Source: Rhodospirillaceae bacterium (GTDB lineage: Bacteria > Pseudomonadota > Alphaproteobacteria > GCA-2731375). From it: 64,000 nt of DNA. Below the pieces are notes generated by a model. The model ran no database searches and was not told where the DNA came from. It was given only the letters and a program-made list of their open reading frames with translations. How positions within the stretch are numbered: the first letter of the stretch is position 1; every line of letters starts with the position of its first letter. This document shows, piece by piece, positions 46,290 to 59,776 of the stretch. The position numbers and the translations under genes were made by a program. The stretch spans positions 151 to 64,150 of the forward strand of contig JABIRL010000145.1 in assembly GCA_018667855.1 (NCBI GenBank). The letters are read 5' to 3'.

Positions 46290-47222
46290 TCAAATAAACC
46301 GGCGATAGATCCGATTGGCTAATAGCGGCAACATGTACATGGGCAATTGGGCCAGGGCGAAAAAGATCACCACCTCCTGTTGGGCGCTATCCGCCAGCAC
46401 GGCGAGGATCAGGGCCATATTGCAGTTGCCCGCCATGTGCCCGGCGGTAAACGCCACTTGCCGGCCGGCGGGCAGGAAGGCGACGGCGCCCAGCACCTGC
46501 AGCGCGGCGTTGGCAATAAAGGCGGCGGCGATGGTCAACAATGTGAAGCCCGGATTGAGGAAAAAATATTCCGTCACGCCGGCCATGATGGCAATAGCGA
46601 TCACCACAAGGCAGACCACCATCAGGCCATCGAAATGAACCGCATGCCGTTGAATCTGCACCGGGTTAAGAATCCAACGTTTTATGGCAATGGCAATGGC
46701 GAAACCGCCGCCGATCATGAATGCCAAGCGTCCCATGAACTCCAACAAGCTGATCTGCAATTCCAGATCAAGCAGCCACAGGGCCATGACGGGCAGGGTG
46801 AATGGCAGCAGAATATGGTTCAGGACGACCACGGCGATGGCGAAGGCCGCATCCAAACCCAGTATCAATGCGAATGTTGGCGCAGACATGATGGGTGCGG
46901 AGGCGGCCATGAGGACCAATCCCGCGGCCAGGCCCGCCGGCAACCCAATGGTTCCGACGACCCCCAACATGAGCACGGGAGAGAGGAACAGGCCGAACAG
47001 TGTGAACAGGGTCAACAATATGGGGCGGCGAAGTTGGTCAATGACATCGCCGAAATCCAACCGTAGAAGGGCCAGAACCAAGCTGACAAAAATTGCCGGC
47101 CCCAGGGCGGGGCGCATGAAATCCGACAATGGCGGCAACAGCAATCCGGTCAGAACGCCAAAGGCCAGAAACTTGGTGGCGTGGCGAGCCAGGAATTCCA
47201 GGCCCAGGGAAGCCGCGCCCAT
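46290..47222 (-). CDS. Bile acid:sodium symporter (BASS/Acr3-like) membrane protein
   Basis: About 10 TM, AASAP.MSAP, GNCNMAL, AQLPMY. Confidence 0.7.
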   Translation of the reverse strand: MGAASLGLEFLARHATKFLAFGVLTGLLLPPLSDFMRPALGPAIFVSLVLALLRLDFGDVIDQLRRPILLTLFTLFGLFLSPVLMLGVVGTIGLPAGLAAGLVLMAASAPIMSAPTFALILGLDAAFAIAVVVLNHILLPFTLPVMALWLLDLELQISLLEFMGRLAFMIGGGFAIAIAIKRWILNPVQIQRHAVHFDGLMVVCLVVIAIAIMAGVTEYFFLNPGFTLLTIAAAFIANAALQVLGAVAFLPAGRQVAFTAGHMAGNCNMALILAVLADSAQQEVVIFFALAQLPMYMLPLLANRIYRRFI

Positions 47223-48098
47223 CTAGCGCCCCAACGCAATGATGATGACGCCGGGCACCACCAGGAACACCGCCAACAGACTGTTGCGGGTAATGTTTTC
47301 CCGGCGCACCAGAAAGGCACTCAACAGCAGCGTAATAATAGGTGAGGACGAGACGATGGGGACGACAACGATCAATTCGCCCAATTGCAAGGCTGTGTTC
47401 AGGAAATAAACGGAAACCCCATTGATGGTTCCGGCCAGGACAAACCAGCCTGTCCCAAATCGGACGCCGAGCTTGGGCAGGGTACGGCGACGGGCGCCAT
47501 AGACGGCCGTAGCGACAATCAACGAGACGCTAAAACTGACCAGGCCGGCGAAATGGGGGCTTGGCAGATCAATCATGGCGTATTTCGTCAGACCATCTCC
47601 GGTCGCTCGGACAAAGGCGGCCAATAACGGCAATCCTAGGGCCCAAAGCGGCCAGCTGCCTCGGCCGGCGCCCTTTCCCCGCTGCGCCAGGGCGATGGAG
47701 CCCGCCATGATCGCCACGGTGCCCAGGACAATGGGCAAGGTCAGGCGCTCATCAAGAAGCAGGACCGCGAAGGCCGCCGCGAACAGGGGCGAGGTGGCGG
47801 CTAAGGTGGCGGTCGGCGTGGGGCCTAGATAGTGAACGCTCAATAACGAGGCGTTGGCCGAGACAAATGGCTTGAACAGCCCGATGATGGCGAACATCAA
47901 TGCCGCCGGGGTGAACCAGTACCAGCTTTCGACCAGCCAGGGCGCAAGCAGCCAAAAGCACAGCGTTGTTGCACCAATTTGCACCAGAGAGCCGGTTTCC
48001 GAATCCGTATGACGCAAGCCCTGATGCAACACGAGGATCGAAATCGCGAACAGGACGGCCGAAGTCAGGGCCAGAAGAATGGGCGTGAATTGTTGCAA
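47223..48098 (-). CDS. EamA/DMT-family transporter
   Basis: Two 5-TM repeats; SPLFA...LLDERLT and SPII...RENIT. Confidence 0.88.
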   Translation of the reverse strand: MQQFTPILLALTSAVLFAISILVLHQGLRHTDSETGSLVQIGATTLCFWLLAPWLVESWYWFTPAALMFAIIGLFKPFVSANASLLSVHYLGPTPTATLAATSPLFAAAFAVLLLDERLTLPIVLGTVAIMAGSIALAQRGKGAGRGSWPLWALGLPLLAAFVRATGDGLTKYAMIDLPSPHFAGLVSFSVSLIVATAVYGARRRTLPKLGVRFGTGWFVLAGTINGVSVYFLNTALQLGELIVVVPIVSSSPIITLLLSAFLVRRENITRNSLLAVFLVVPGVIIIALGR

Positions 48099-48119
48099 AA
48101 TTTATTGCCTAGGAATTGG

Positions 48120-48622
48120 CTAAAGTGAGGCGGCGGATCGCGCGGCCTGATCATACAGACCGGATAGAACTCTCAGTGTGCGGGCCGCCTCGCCAATTTC
48201 CCGGTTTTCCTGACCCAATGCGCCGTGGGAGGCGATCAGACAACTTTCCCGCACCTCACGGTATTTACCACAAAGTGCCGCGCCTTCCTTGGTGGTGCCA
48301 TAGAATGTCTCCTTGCCCCGACGGTCGGCGGCCACCAGGTCCAGCTTGGATAGCTTCTTGAGGGAATAGTTGACCACGTGACTGTCCTCGACATTCAGCA
48401 AAAAACACAGATCCGAAAGGCGTTTCTCTCGCTCCCGGTGATTTACCAGATGCAGGACCAAGACATCCAGCGCGCCCAGACCGTCCTGGCCGGCGGCGGC
48501 CATGCAGCGCACGATCCAGCGGTGATAGGCGTTGATCGCCATATTCAGACCGAATTCAAATTCGCTCAACTCGGCTGCGTCCTCGGACACCAAATGGGCG
48601 GAAGAAACTATGGGCTGCCGGC

Positions 48623-48626
<4 letters not shown>
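48120..48626 (-). CDS. MarR-type winged-helix DNA-binding protein
   Basis: IVSSAHL, LSEFEFGL, LNVEDSHVVNYSLKKL, C.KYREVRE; ATGA overlap with the oxoprolinase gene. Confidence 0.85.
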
Positions 48627-52258
<3,632 letters not shown>

Positions 52259-52293
52259 GGTATTCTTCCTATTAATGATATTTTATAGGTAAT

Positions 52294-52303
52294 TTATCGA
52301 TAA
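52294..52303. promoter_or_regulatory. Palindrome in the AT-rich divergent promoter (candidate MarR operator)
   Basis: TTATCGATAA perfect palindrome about 35 nt upstream of the oxoprolinase start. Confidence 0.35.
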
Positions 52304-52387
52304 TTCATATATCAAGCAACCGCTACTTGCCAATTGTCCTTGGGCGTCCTAAGGGTAATCGTCCGCGCATAAGGGATCTTCGGCGGC

Positions 52388-53119
52388 ATGAGTATTTGGA
52401 ATAGAATTGTTCGCGGTGTTGGCGGCGCCTTGGATGGCCCGTTGGGCGCGCTGATCGGCGGACTTGCCGAACAGGCGGCGGATACCTTGCGCCATATAGC
52501 CGGCGAACCCGGGGAAGGCGACGGCACCCGCCAGGTCGCCTTCACCATTGGCGTTATTGCCCTGGGCGCGAAAATGGCCAAGGCCGATGGCCATGTCACC
52601 AGGGACGAGGTGGAGGCGTTTAAACAGGTCTTCAAGATCTCGCCGGAGGACATGAAGGATGTCTCCCGGGTTTTTAACCTGGCGCGCAAGGATGTGGCCG
52701 GGTTCGAGGCCTATGCGGGGCAGATCGCCGATTTATTCGAACCGGCCTCGCAGGTATTGGAAGATTTGCTGCACGGGCTGTTCCATATCGCCAAGGCGGA
52801 CCAGATATTGCACCCGGCCGAATTGGAATATCTCGGCAAGGTGGCGGAAATATTCGGTTTTGAAGCGGCTGGCTTTTCCCGCATCCGGGCCTACCATCTG
52901 GGACCCGACCTGGCGGATCCCTATACCATTCTGGGCATCGAAGCGGATGCGGATGAAGACGCGGTCAAGGCGGTCTGGCGGGCCTTGATCCGGGAAAACC
53001 ACCCCGACCGCGCAATCGCCCGTGGCTTGCCGCAGGAATTCGTCGACCTGGCGACGGAAAAACTGGCCACGATCAACGATGCCTATGACCGCATCAGCCG
53101 CCAACGGGGCTTCAAATAG
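52388..53119 (+). CDS. djlA: DjlA-like co-chaperone (TerB-like plus J domain)
   Basis: AFTIGVIALGAKMAKADG, LFHIAKAD, DPYTILG, ENHPD, INDAY. Confidence 0.88.
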   Translation: MSIWNRIVRGVGGALDGPLGALIGGLAEQAADTLRHIAGEPGEGDGTRQVAFTIGVIALGAKMAKADGHVTRDEVEAFKQVFKISPEDMKDVSRVFNLARKDVAGFEAYAGQIADLFEPASQVLEDLLHGLFHIAKADQILHPAELEYLGKVAEIFGFEAAGFSRIRAYHLGPDLADPYTILGIEADADEDAVKAVWRALIRENHPDRAIARGLPQEFVDLATEKLATINDAYDRISRQRGFK

Positions 53120-53145
53120 ATCAATCTTTTAAAAGTGGGGACAGG

Positions 53146-53358
53146 ATGAAGATCGATATCGAATATTGCATGATGTGAAACTACGAACCCAACGCCCTCC
53201 GTGCGAGGGACCGGATCGTGGAAAAATTTGGCGCCGACGTAACCTTGACCGCCTCGGGAGGCGGAAAATTCGAGATCACCGTCGATGGTCGACTGGCCTA
53301 CTCGAAAAAGGCCGAGGGGCGGTTTCCGACCGAAGCCGAACTGGATGCTTTGGCCTAG
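53146..53358 (+). CDS. SelW/SelT/SelH (Rdx-family) selenoprotein; UGA at 53176-53178 read as Sec
   Basis: MKIDIEYCMM-U-NYEP...SGGGKFEITVDGRLAYSKKAEGRFPTE (70 aa): CxxU plus the G.FE..V.G...SK...RFP Rdx signature; SECIS-like hairpin downstream. Confidence 0.9.
53182..53220 (+). promoter_or_regulatory. Bacterial SECIS-like hairpin
   Basis: Upper stem CCCTC/GAGGG with loop CGUGC starting 21 nt after UGA; lower stem TACGAaCC/GGaTCGTG. Confidence 0.7.
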
Positions 53359-53367
53359 GCCAAAAAC

Positions 53368-54405
53368 TTAAGCGACCACCTCGCGCAGAACTGACGCGGC
53401 TTCGGATAGCTGTTCCGCATCTATGTCCAGGTGGGTGACGGCGCGCATGCGATAAGGACCCATGGCGCCAATGCGTACATCGCGGGCCTTTAGGCGCTGC
53501 TCCACGGTTGCCGCATCCAGACCGGTTTCCGAAACGTCGAAGAAAACCAGGTTCGTCTCGCAACGGTCGAAGATCAGCTTGATCCCGGGAATCTGCGCGA
53601 TATCTCGGCTAAAGGACCGCGCGTTCTCGTGGTCCTCGGCCAGGCGCGCCACGTTGTTTTCCAGGGCATAGACGCCGGCGGCGGCGACGATCCCGGCCTG
53701 GCGCATGGCGCCGCCCATTTGTTGCTTAAACCGCCAGGCTTGTTCGATGAAATCGGCGCTGCCCGCCAAGACACCGCCGATGGGGCAGCCCAGCCCCTTG
53801 GACAGATCCAGCCACAGACTGTCAAAATGCTTGCCATACTCCTTGGCCGGAGTGCCGCTTTCGACCACCGCATTCATCAACCGCGCCCCATCCATATGGG
53901 CCGCCATATCATTTTCCCTGGCCACCGCCGTGACGGCGGCAATATCCTCGATGGGCCAGACGGAACCGCCGCCGGCGTTGGTGGTGTTTTCGATCGAGAC
54001 AACGCGGCTGCGGGGCACGTGCCGGCGCACGGGGCGGATGGCCGCGCGTACCTGATCGGCAGTAAAAATGCCCAGTTCCGTATGCAGGGCGCGGGTCTGG
54101 GCGTTGGCCAGGGCCGACGGCCCGCCGCTTTCCGCATTAATGGGGTGGGCCGTATAATCCAGGATGATCTCGTCGCCGGGCTGGCAGTGCACCCGAAAGG
54201 CGATTTGATTGCACATGGTGCCGGAGGGCAGAAAAACCGCCGCTTCCTGCCCCAACAGCTCCGCCACCATGGCGCATAGCTTATTGACGGTGGGATCCTC
54301 GAACGCCTGCTCGTCCCCCACCTCGGCCTCGGCCATGGCGTGGCGCATGGGCGGTGTTGGTTTGGTGTTGGTGTCGCTGTAAAGGTCAATGCGCGGTGCG
54401 CTCAT
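53368..54405 (-). CDS. ltaE: Low-specificity L-threonine aldolase family
   Basis: SDT.T.PT, VGD...EDPT, PSGTMCN, HMDGARL, SKGLGCP.G, GGAMRQAG. Confidence 0.92.
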   Translation of the reverse strand: MSAPRIDLYSDTNTKPTPPMRHAMAEAEVGDEQAFEDPTVNKLCAMVAELLGQEAAVFLPSGTMCNQIAFRVHCQPGDEIILDYTAHPINAESGGPSALANAQTRALHTELGIFTADQVRAAIRPVRRHVPRSRVVSIENTTNAGGGSVWPIEDIAAVTAVARENDMAAHMDGARLMNAVVESGTPAKEYGKHFDSLWLDLSKGLGCPIGGVLAGSADFIEQAWRFKQQMGGAMRQAGIVAAAGVYALENNVARLAEDHENARSFSRDIAQIPGIKLIFDRCETNLVFFDVSETGLDAATVEQRLKARDVRIGAMGPYRMRAVTHLDIDAEQLSEAASVLREVVA

Positions 54406-54421
54406 GGTTCCAAACTCCGAA

Positions 54422-54904
54422 TTAATCGCCCGATCTGCGATGGATCATCCATTTTGTCACCATGGTCGTGGTGATGTCGTCATGTTGATTGCGGATTACA
54501 TTGTTGAATTCAACATAGCCCAGGTTGGGTCGGCTTTTCAGGGGTCGCGCCTCGATTACTTCCGAAGTGACGGTCAGAATATGACCGACCAGCACCGGCA
54601 TCCGCCAGCGGATCGCGTCCCAGCCCGGTGAAACAAAGGCGTCGGCGGCGGTAAAGGCATCCTTGGACATGCGCCGCCAGGCGGAACAGACATGGGGACC
54701 GGAGGCAATCAGGTCGTCCCACCCCATGGCCTTGGCCGCGTCCGCATCCAAATGAAAAGGTTCCGGATCGAATTGTTCGGCAAAGGCGATCATTTCATCC
54801 CGCTTCATTTCGTAGGCGCCATAACGAAAGTGGTCGCCCAAGGCGAAATCCTCGAAATGAATGACGTCGGAAAAAGGCGCCTGATCGTTCACAACATTTG
54901 TCAT
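54422..54904 (-). CDS. MaoC-family dehydratase
   Basis: FEDF..G, FAEQFDPEPFHLD, LIASG.H, RW..PV..G. Confidence 0.88.
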   Translation of the reverse strand: MTNVVNDQAPFSDVIHFEDFALGDHFRYGAYEMKRDEMIAFAEQFDPEPFHLDADAAKAMGWDDLIASGPHVCSAWRRMSKDAFTAADAFVSPGWDAIRWRMPVLVGHILTVTSEVIEARPLKSRPNLGYVEFNNVIRNQHDDITTTMVTKWMIHRRSGD

Positions 54905-54906
54905 CT

Positions 54907-55860
54907 TTAGGCGACCCGGTGCTGAAAATCACCACCGTCGATCAGGCAACGGCTGTTCCGCACCGCGATATCGATACTGCGCCCAAAAGTTTCAGGCGTC
55001 AGCCAGGCCACGTGGGGCATCAGGGCGACATTCTCCAGCGCCAGCAGCGCCTCATTCGGGGCGATGGGTTCGGCGGCAAATACATCCAGGCCGGCGGCAC
55101 GTAATGTGCCCTTCGTCAGTGCGTTGTACAGGGCGTCCTGATCCACCAGGCCGCCGCGCGCCGTGTTGATTAGGACGGCACCCGGTTTCATGGCGGCGAA
55201 GGCGGCGGCGTCCAGCAGGTTCTCGGTATCGCTGGTCAATGGCAGATGCAATGAAACCACATCGCATTCCGCCAAAAGTGCCGGTAATTCCCGCCATTCC
55301 GCCTCCGCCCCGGGTTTGGGTCCGGATGATGTATAGACGACCGTGGCGCCCAGAGCCCGCAGCACGGGCGCGACCCGGCTCCCGACCTCGCCATAACCAA
55401 CCAGACCCACGGTGCGGCCGGCAATCTCGCCGATCCGGTCAAAAATAGCCGGGTCCATGCGCCAGCCGTCACCCTGCCGGGTGGCATCGTGAAATGTGGC
55501 GGCGCGGCGCAGGGCCGATAACATCAGCATCACCGTTGCTTCCGCCACGGCCTGGCTGTTGGTGCCGGGCATGTTGCAGACCGGGATGTCCCGGGCGCGG
55601 GCCGCATCAAGATCGATGGTGTTGACGCCGACACCGATTTTCTGGATCAAACGCAACTTCGGCGCCGCCGCGATGACCTCGGCCGTGGCCGGTTTCAGCA
55701 CATGCCAAAGCACATCCGCATCCGCCATCAATTTGAACAGGCGTTCGTCGTCATTTTCGTCGCAGGTTTCGATGGACAGCCAATCGCTCTCGGCGGCGGC
55801 CAGGCGCTGGGCGATGCCGGCGCTCGCGGCATAGTGAAAAACCGCTTTTAACCTCGCCAT
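54907..55860 (-). CDS. D-2-hydroxyacid dehydrogenase
   Basis: GVGVNTID, GYGEVG, SLHLPL, INTARG, LDVF..EP, PHVA; the true start is ATG 55860 because the longer ORF overlaps the tRNA. Confidence 0.93.
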   Translation of the reverse strand: MARLKAVFHYAASAGIAQRLAAAESDWLSIETCDENDDERLFKLMADADVLWHVLKPATAEVIAAAPKLRLIQKIGVGVNTIDLDAARARDIPVCNMPGTNSQAVAEATVMLMLSALRRAATFHDATRQGDGWRMDPAIFDRIGEIAGRTVGLVGYGEVGSRVAPVLRALGATVVYTSSGPKPGAEAEWRELPALLAECDVVSLHLPLTSDTENLLDAAAFAAMKPGAVLINTARGGLVDQDALYNALTKGTLRAAGLDVFAAEPIAPNEALLALENVALMPHVAWLTPETFGRSIDIAVRNSRCLIDGGDFQHRVA

Positions 55861-55899
55861 GCACGCTTTCCTTAAAGATGTTTCCCTAACGCGAAGTGT

Positions 55900-55973
55900 T
55901 GGAGCGGGCGAAGAGAATCGAACTCTCGTCTTAAGCTTGGGAAGCTCCTGCTCTACCATTGAGCTACGCCCGC
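55900..55973 (-). tRNA. tRNA-Gly(CCC)
   Basis: GCGGGCGTAGCTCAATGGTAGAGCAGGAGCTT-CCC-AAGCTTAAGACGAGAGTTCGATTCTCTTCGCCCGCTCCA: cloverleaf, TTCGA loop, encoded CCA. Confidence 0.97.
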
Positions 55974-56100
55974 CTAGGGACTATTTAGCACAAGCGATCA
56001 CAGTCGCGCGAGGGGGTAGTTTTGACCCTTTGACATCGGTGTGGTGTCTGCAAGACTGACCGCGCGCCAAATGGCGCCCTGTAAACTTGGGGACTCGTAG

Positions 56101-57060
56101 ATGACCAGTGTTGTGACAGACAAAGCTCCGCTTACCCTTGATCGCGGTAAATTTAATGATCCGCGCCGGACACTGGACGGTCAGGCGCGCGCCGCCGTGA
56201 CCTTGAACAATCTGGATACCCTTTGGTTCAATACCGGGACCCTGTGTAATCTGACCTGCACCAATTGCTATATCGAATCGAGTCCAACCAACGACCGCTT
56301 GGCATATCTGACTGCAGCGGAGGTCGGCGCCATGCTGGACGAGTTGCAAACCGATTGGCAGGCGCGCGAAGTTGGTTTCACGGGGGGCGAGCCCTTCATG
56401 AATCCGGATATTCTGGCCATGCTGGAGGATGCCCTGGGTCGTGGCTACCGGGTGCTGGTTCTGACCAACGCCATGCGGCCCATGATGAAACTGGCGGACG
56501 GCCTGCTGGCGTTGCGGAATATTTACGGCGAAAAATTGTGTCTGAGGGTGTCGGTGGATCATTATGCCCGGGATCTGCATGATTTGGAACGCGGAGAACA
56601 TGGCTGGGACCGCATGCTGACCGGGCTGACCTGGCTGGCGCGGAACGGCTTCAACATCAATATCGCCGGGCGCACCTTGTCGGGGGAAGAGGAAGACAGC
56701 CTGCGCCAAGGTTATGCCAGGCTGTTCGTTGAGCATGATATTCCCGTCGATGCCGGCGACGGCGGGGCGCTGGTGCTGTTTCCGGAGATGGATGAAGATC
56801 TCGACGTGCCGGAGATTACCACCGCGTGTTGGGGCATATTGGATGTCTCGCCCGACGGAATGATGTGCGCCACATCCCGCATGGTGGTCAAGCATAAGGG
56901 TGATGGGCGGCTGACCGTGATGCCCTGTACCCTGTTGCCCTATGACGAACGCTTCAAAATGGGTGCGACTTTGGCCGATGCCAGTAGCCCCGTGGCCTTG
57001 AACCATCCCCATTGCGCCCGCTTTTGTGTGTTGGGCGGCGGCTCCTGCAGCGTCGCATAA
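56101..57060 (+). CDS. Radical SAM protein with Cys-rich C-terminus
   Basis: CNLTCTNC, FTGGEP, LTNA; C-terminal C...C...C...HPHCARFC..GGGSC. Confidence 0.9.
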   Translation: MTSVVTDKAPLTLDRGKFNDPRRTLDGQARAAVTLNNLDTLWFNTGTLCNLTCTNCYIESSPTNDRLAYLTAAEVGAMLDELQTDWQAREVGFTGGEPFMNPDILAMLEDALGRGYRVLVLTNAMRPMMKLADGLLALRNIYGEKLCLRVSVDHYARDLHDLERGEHGWDRMLTGLTWLARNGFNINIAGRTLSGEEEDSLRQGYARLFVEHDIPVDAGDGGALVLFPEMDEDLDVPEITTACWGILDVSPDGMMCATSRMVVKHKGDGRLTVMPCTLLPYDERFKMGATLADASSPVALNHPHCARFCVLGGGSCSVA

Positions 57061-57122
57061 GGCTTAATACAACCCATAAATACGTTAACGCGACGCCCAT
57101 GATCGGCCTATGATGGGCCCCC

Positions 57123-58310
57123 ATGAGCCAAGTAAAACCAAGCTATGAAAAACCATTCGCAAGCCTGAAGGTTCTGGATTTGAGCCAAGGCTTTGCTGGC
57201 CCCTATTGCGCCCAGCTGCTGGCCCAATATGGCGCCGACGTCACGAAGGTGGAACCGCCCGAGGGTGACTGGGCCCGGAACCTGGGCATCGTCTATGGCG
57301 ATCAATCAACCATAGCCATGACCGCCAACCGGGGTAAGAAAAGCATCGCGCTGGATTTGAAGAGCGAGGGCGGGCTGGCGGTCGTAAAGGAGCTGGCCCG
57401 GCAATGCGATGTCTTCATCGAAGGTTTCCGCCCCGGTGTCTGCGCCCGATTTGGCCTGTCCTATGATCATGTGCGCGCGGTAAACCCCGGCGTCATTTAC
57501 CTCTCCATCAGCGGCTTTGGCCAGGAAGGTCCCTATGCGCGGGAGCCGGCCACGGATACGGTCCTGCAATCATTTTCCGGCCTGATGTCGATTAATCGCG
57601 GCAATGACGAGGTCCCCCATCGGGTTGGCCATTATATCGTCGATTGCGTCACGGCTTTGTATGCCTATCAGGCTCTGTCCTCGGCCCTTTATGCGAAACG
57701 GGACTTGGCTGAGGGCCGTCTTATCGACTGCAGCCTGATGCAGGCCGCGGCGGCCCTGCAAACATCCAAGATCGCGGATTATCATCTGGAAGGCGGAGTG
57801 CCGGCGGAAAACAATTCTCCGGCCGGTAGCTATGACACCCAGGATGGTTATATCGCGATTACCCTGGTGAAGGAGGAGCAATTCCCGAAATTGTGCCTGG
57901 CCCTCGGTCAACCAAGCCTGGTCGATGATCCCCGGTACAAGAATTTTGCCTCTCGTGCCGCGAATATGGACAGCCTGGGTCCGATCGTACAAGAGATCTT
58001 GATGCAGGATACGGCCGCCGGTTGGGCTGAGCGTTTTCACAAGGCGGAGGTGCTATGTTTTCCGGTCGCCGAACATGGCGATTGGCTGGTAAATCCCCAT
58101 GTGCTTGCCACCAGCGCATTTCAGATGATGGACCAACCCGGCATGGGCATGGTGCCCTTGGCGCAAATACCCGGCACCGTATCGATAGATCCCGATGACC
58201 CCTCCCAACGCGCCCCGACGCTGGGCCAGCACAGCCGTCAGGTCCTTACCGAACTGGGCTATGACGAGGGTAAAATCACCGCGCTGATGGCCGAGGGCGC
58301 GGTCCGGTAA
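57123..58310 (+). CDS. CaiB/BaiF family III CoA-transferase
   Basis: VLDLSQ..AGP, KVEPP.GD, NRGKKSIALDLK, FRPGV, SGFGQ.GP, APTLGQHS. Confidence 0.93.
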   Translation: MSQVKPSYEKPFASLKVLDLSQGFAGPYCAQLLAQYGADVTKVEPPEGDWARNLGIVYGDQSTIAMTANRGKKSIALDLKSEGGLAVVKELARQCDVFIEGFRPGVCARFGLSYDHVRAVNPGVIYLSISGFGQEGPYAREPATDTVLQSFSGLMSINRGNDEVPHRVGHYIVDCVTALYAYQALSSALYAKRDLAEGRLIDCSLMQAAAALQTSKIADYHLEGGVPAENNSPAGSYDTQDGYIAITLVKEEQFPKLCLALGQPSLVDDPRYKNFASRAANMDSLGPIVQEILMQDTAAGWAERFHKAEVLCFPVAEHGDWLVNPHVLATSAFQMMDQPGMGMVPLAQIPGTVSIDPDDPSQRAPTLGQHSRQVLTELGYDEGKITALMAEGAVR

Positions 58311-58327
58311 GGCGGGCGGGGCGCACC

Positions 58328-59776
58328 ATGGGAGAGTATCGGGCGGTCTTTCTGGTCAATGGTGTTCTGCTGTTGATCCTGGGCCTTGCCATGTTGGTGC
58401 CGGCAATGCTGGATGCCCGTGTGGGACATCCCGATTGGCAGGTCTTTCTGGCGGCTGCGTTCCTAACCGGGTTTGTCGGCGCCGCCCTGACGATTACCTG
58501 TTGGGGCAGCGGGGAAAATCTTCATTTGCGACAGGCTTTCGTTCTGACCACCACGGTCTGGGTCGTGACGCCGGCCTTCGGCGCCCTGCCGTTTGTGTTT
58601 GCCGATCTGGACCTCAGTTACACGGACGCTTTTTTCGAGGCGATGTCCGGCATAACGACGACGGGCTCGACCGTGATCTCGGGTCTGGAATATGCTCCGC
58701 CGGGCATCTTGATCTGGCGGGCCTTGCTGCAATGGATGGGTGGCATCGGCATTATCGTCACCGCGGTTGCTATTCTGCCCCTGTTGCAGGTCGGTGGTAT
58801 GCAACTGTTTCGCATGGAATCTTCCGATGCTTCGGAAAAAGTCCTGCCCCGCACGGCACAGATCGCGGGCGCCATCAGCATGATCTATCTAGCTCTTTCC
58901 TTTATCTGTGCGTTCGGTTACTGGGCCGCCGGAATGCCGGCCTTCGAGGCCGCCGCCCACGCCATGACAACCATAGCCACGGGCGGTTTCTCAACCTCCG
59001 ATCAATCCATGGGAAGCTATGACAGCGCCTTGATCGACTATACCGCCATGGCCTTCATGATCATCGGCAGCCTGCCGTTTCTGTTGTATTTTCAGGTTCT
59101 GCGGGGACGGCCCCTGGCCTTGTGGCGGGATAGTCAGGTGCGCTGGTTCTTTGCCATTCTGGCGACGGCGATCGCCGGCATGACGTTCTATCAGATCGGC
59201 GGCAATGACAGACCGGCAGCCGAGGCGCTGCGGTTCACCGCCTTTAACGTGACATCGATATTGACCGGCACGGGATATGCCACCGACGATTACGGCCAAT
59301 GGGGCGGTTTCGCGGTGGTTATGTTTTTCTTCGTGATGTTCATCGGCGGCTGCGCCGGCTCGACCTCGTGCGGCATCAAGATATTTCGGTTTCAGGTGCT
59401 GTATGCGGCCGCGCGCACCCAAATGGGGCGATTGTTGCAGCCCCATGGCGTTTTCGTCGCCAACTTCAACCGCCGCCCCATACCGGATTCGGTGATGGAT
59501 TCGGTGATGAGTTTCTTCTTTCTATTCATTCTCAGTTTTGCCGTCATCGCGGTGTTGCTGAGCCTAATGGGTCTGGATTTCCTCACCGCGGTCTCTGGGG
59601 CCGGCACCGCCATCGCCAATGTCGGGCCGGGCCTGGGCCCCGTGATCGGGCCGTCGGGCACCTTCGCACCCTTGCCGGACATGGCGAAATGGCTGCTGGC
59701 GGCGGGGATGTTGCTGGGCCGATTGGAATTATTGACGGTGATGGTGCTGTTCACCAGGACTTTCTGGCGCAGCTAA
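58328..59776 (+). CDS. trkH: Trk potassium uptake membrane protein
   Basis: Four pore loops: SGITTTG, IATGGFS, LTGTGY, IANVGPG; GGCAGST, GRLE. Confidence 0.95.
   Translation: MGEYRAVFLVNGVLLLILGLAMLVPAMLDARVGHPDWQVFLAAAFLTGFVGAALTITCWGSGENLHLRQAFVLTTTVWVVTPAFGALPFVFADLDLSYTDAFFEAMSGITTTGSTVISGLEYAPPGILIWRALLQWMGGIGIIVTAVAILPLLQVGGMQLFRMESSDASEKVLPRTAQIAGAISMIYLALSFICAFGYWAAGMPAFEAAAHAMTTIATGGFSTSDQSMGSYDSALIDYTAMAFMIIGSLPFLLYFQVLRGRPLALWRDSQVRWFFAILATAIAGMTFYQIGGNDRPAAEALRFTAFNVTSILTGTGYATDDYGQWGGFAVVMFFFVMFIGGCAGSTSCGIKIFRFQVLYAAARTQMGRLLQPHGVFVANFNRRPIPDSVMDSVMSFFFLFILSFAVIAVLLSLMGLDFLTAVSGAGTAIANVGPGLGPVIGPSGTFAPLPDMAKWLLAAGMLLGRLELLTVMVLFTRTFWRS

Noticed and set aside
54907-55959. 350-aa N-terminally extended dehydrogenase
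   Set aside because: The extension is a translation of the tRNA-Gly gene; the real start is 55860
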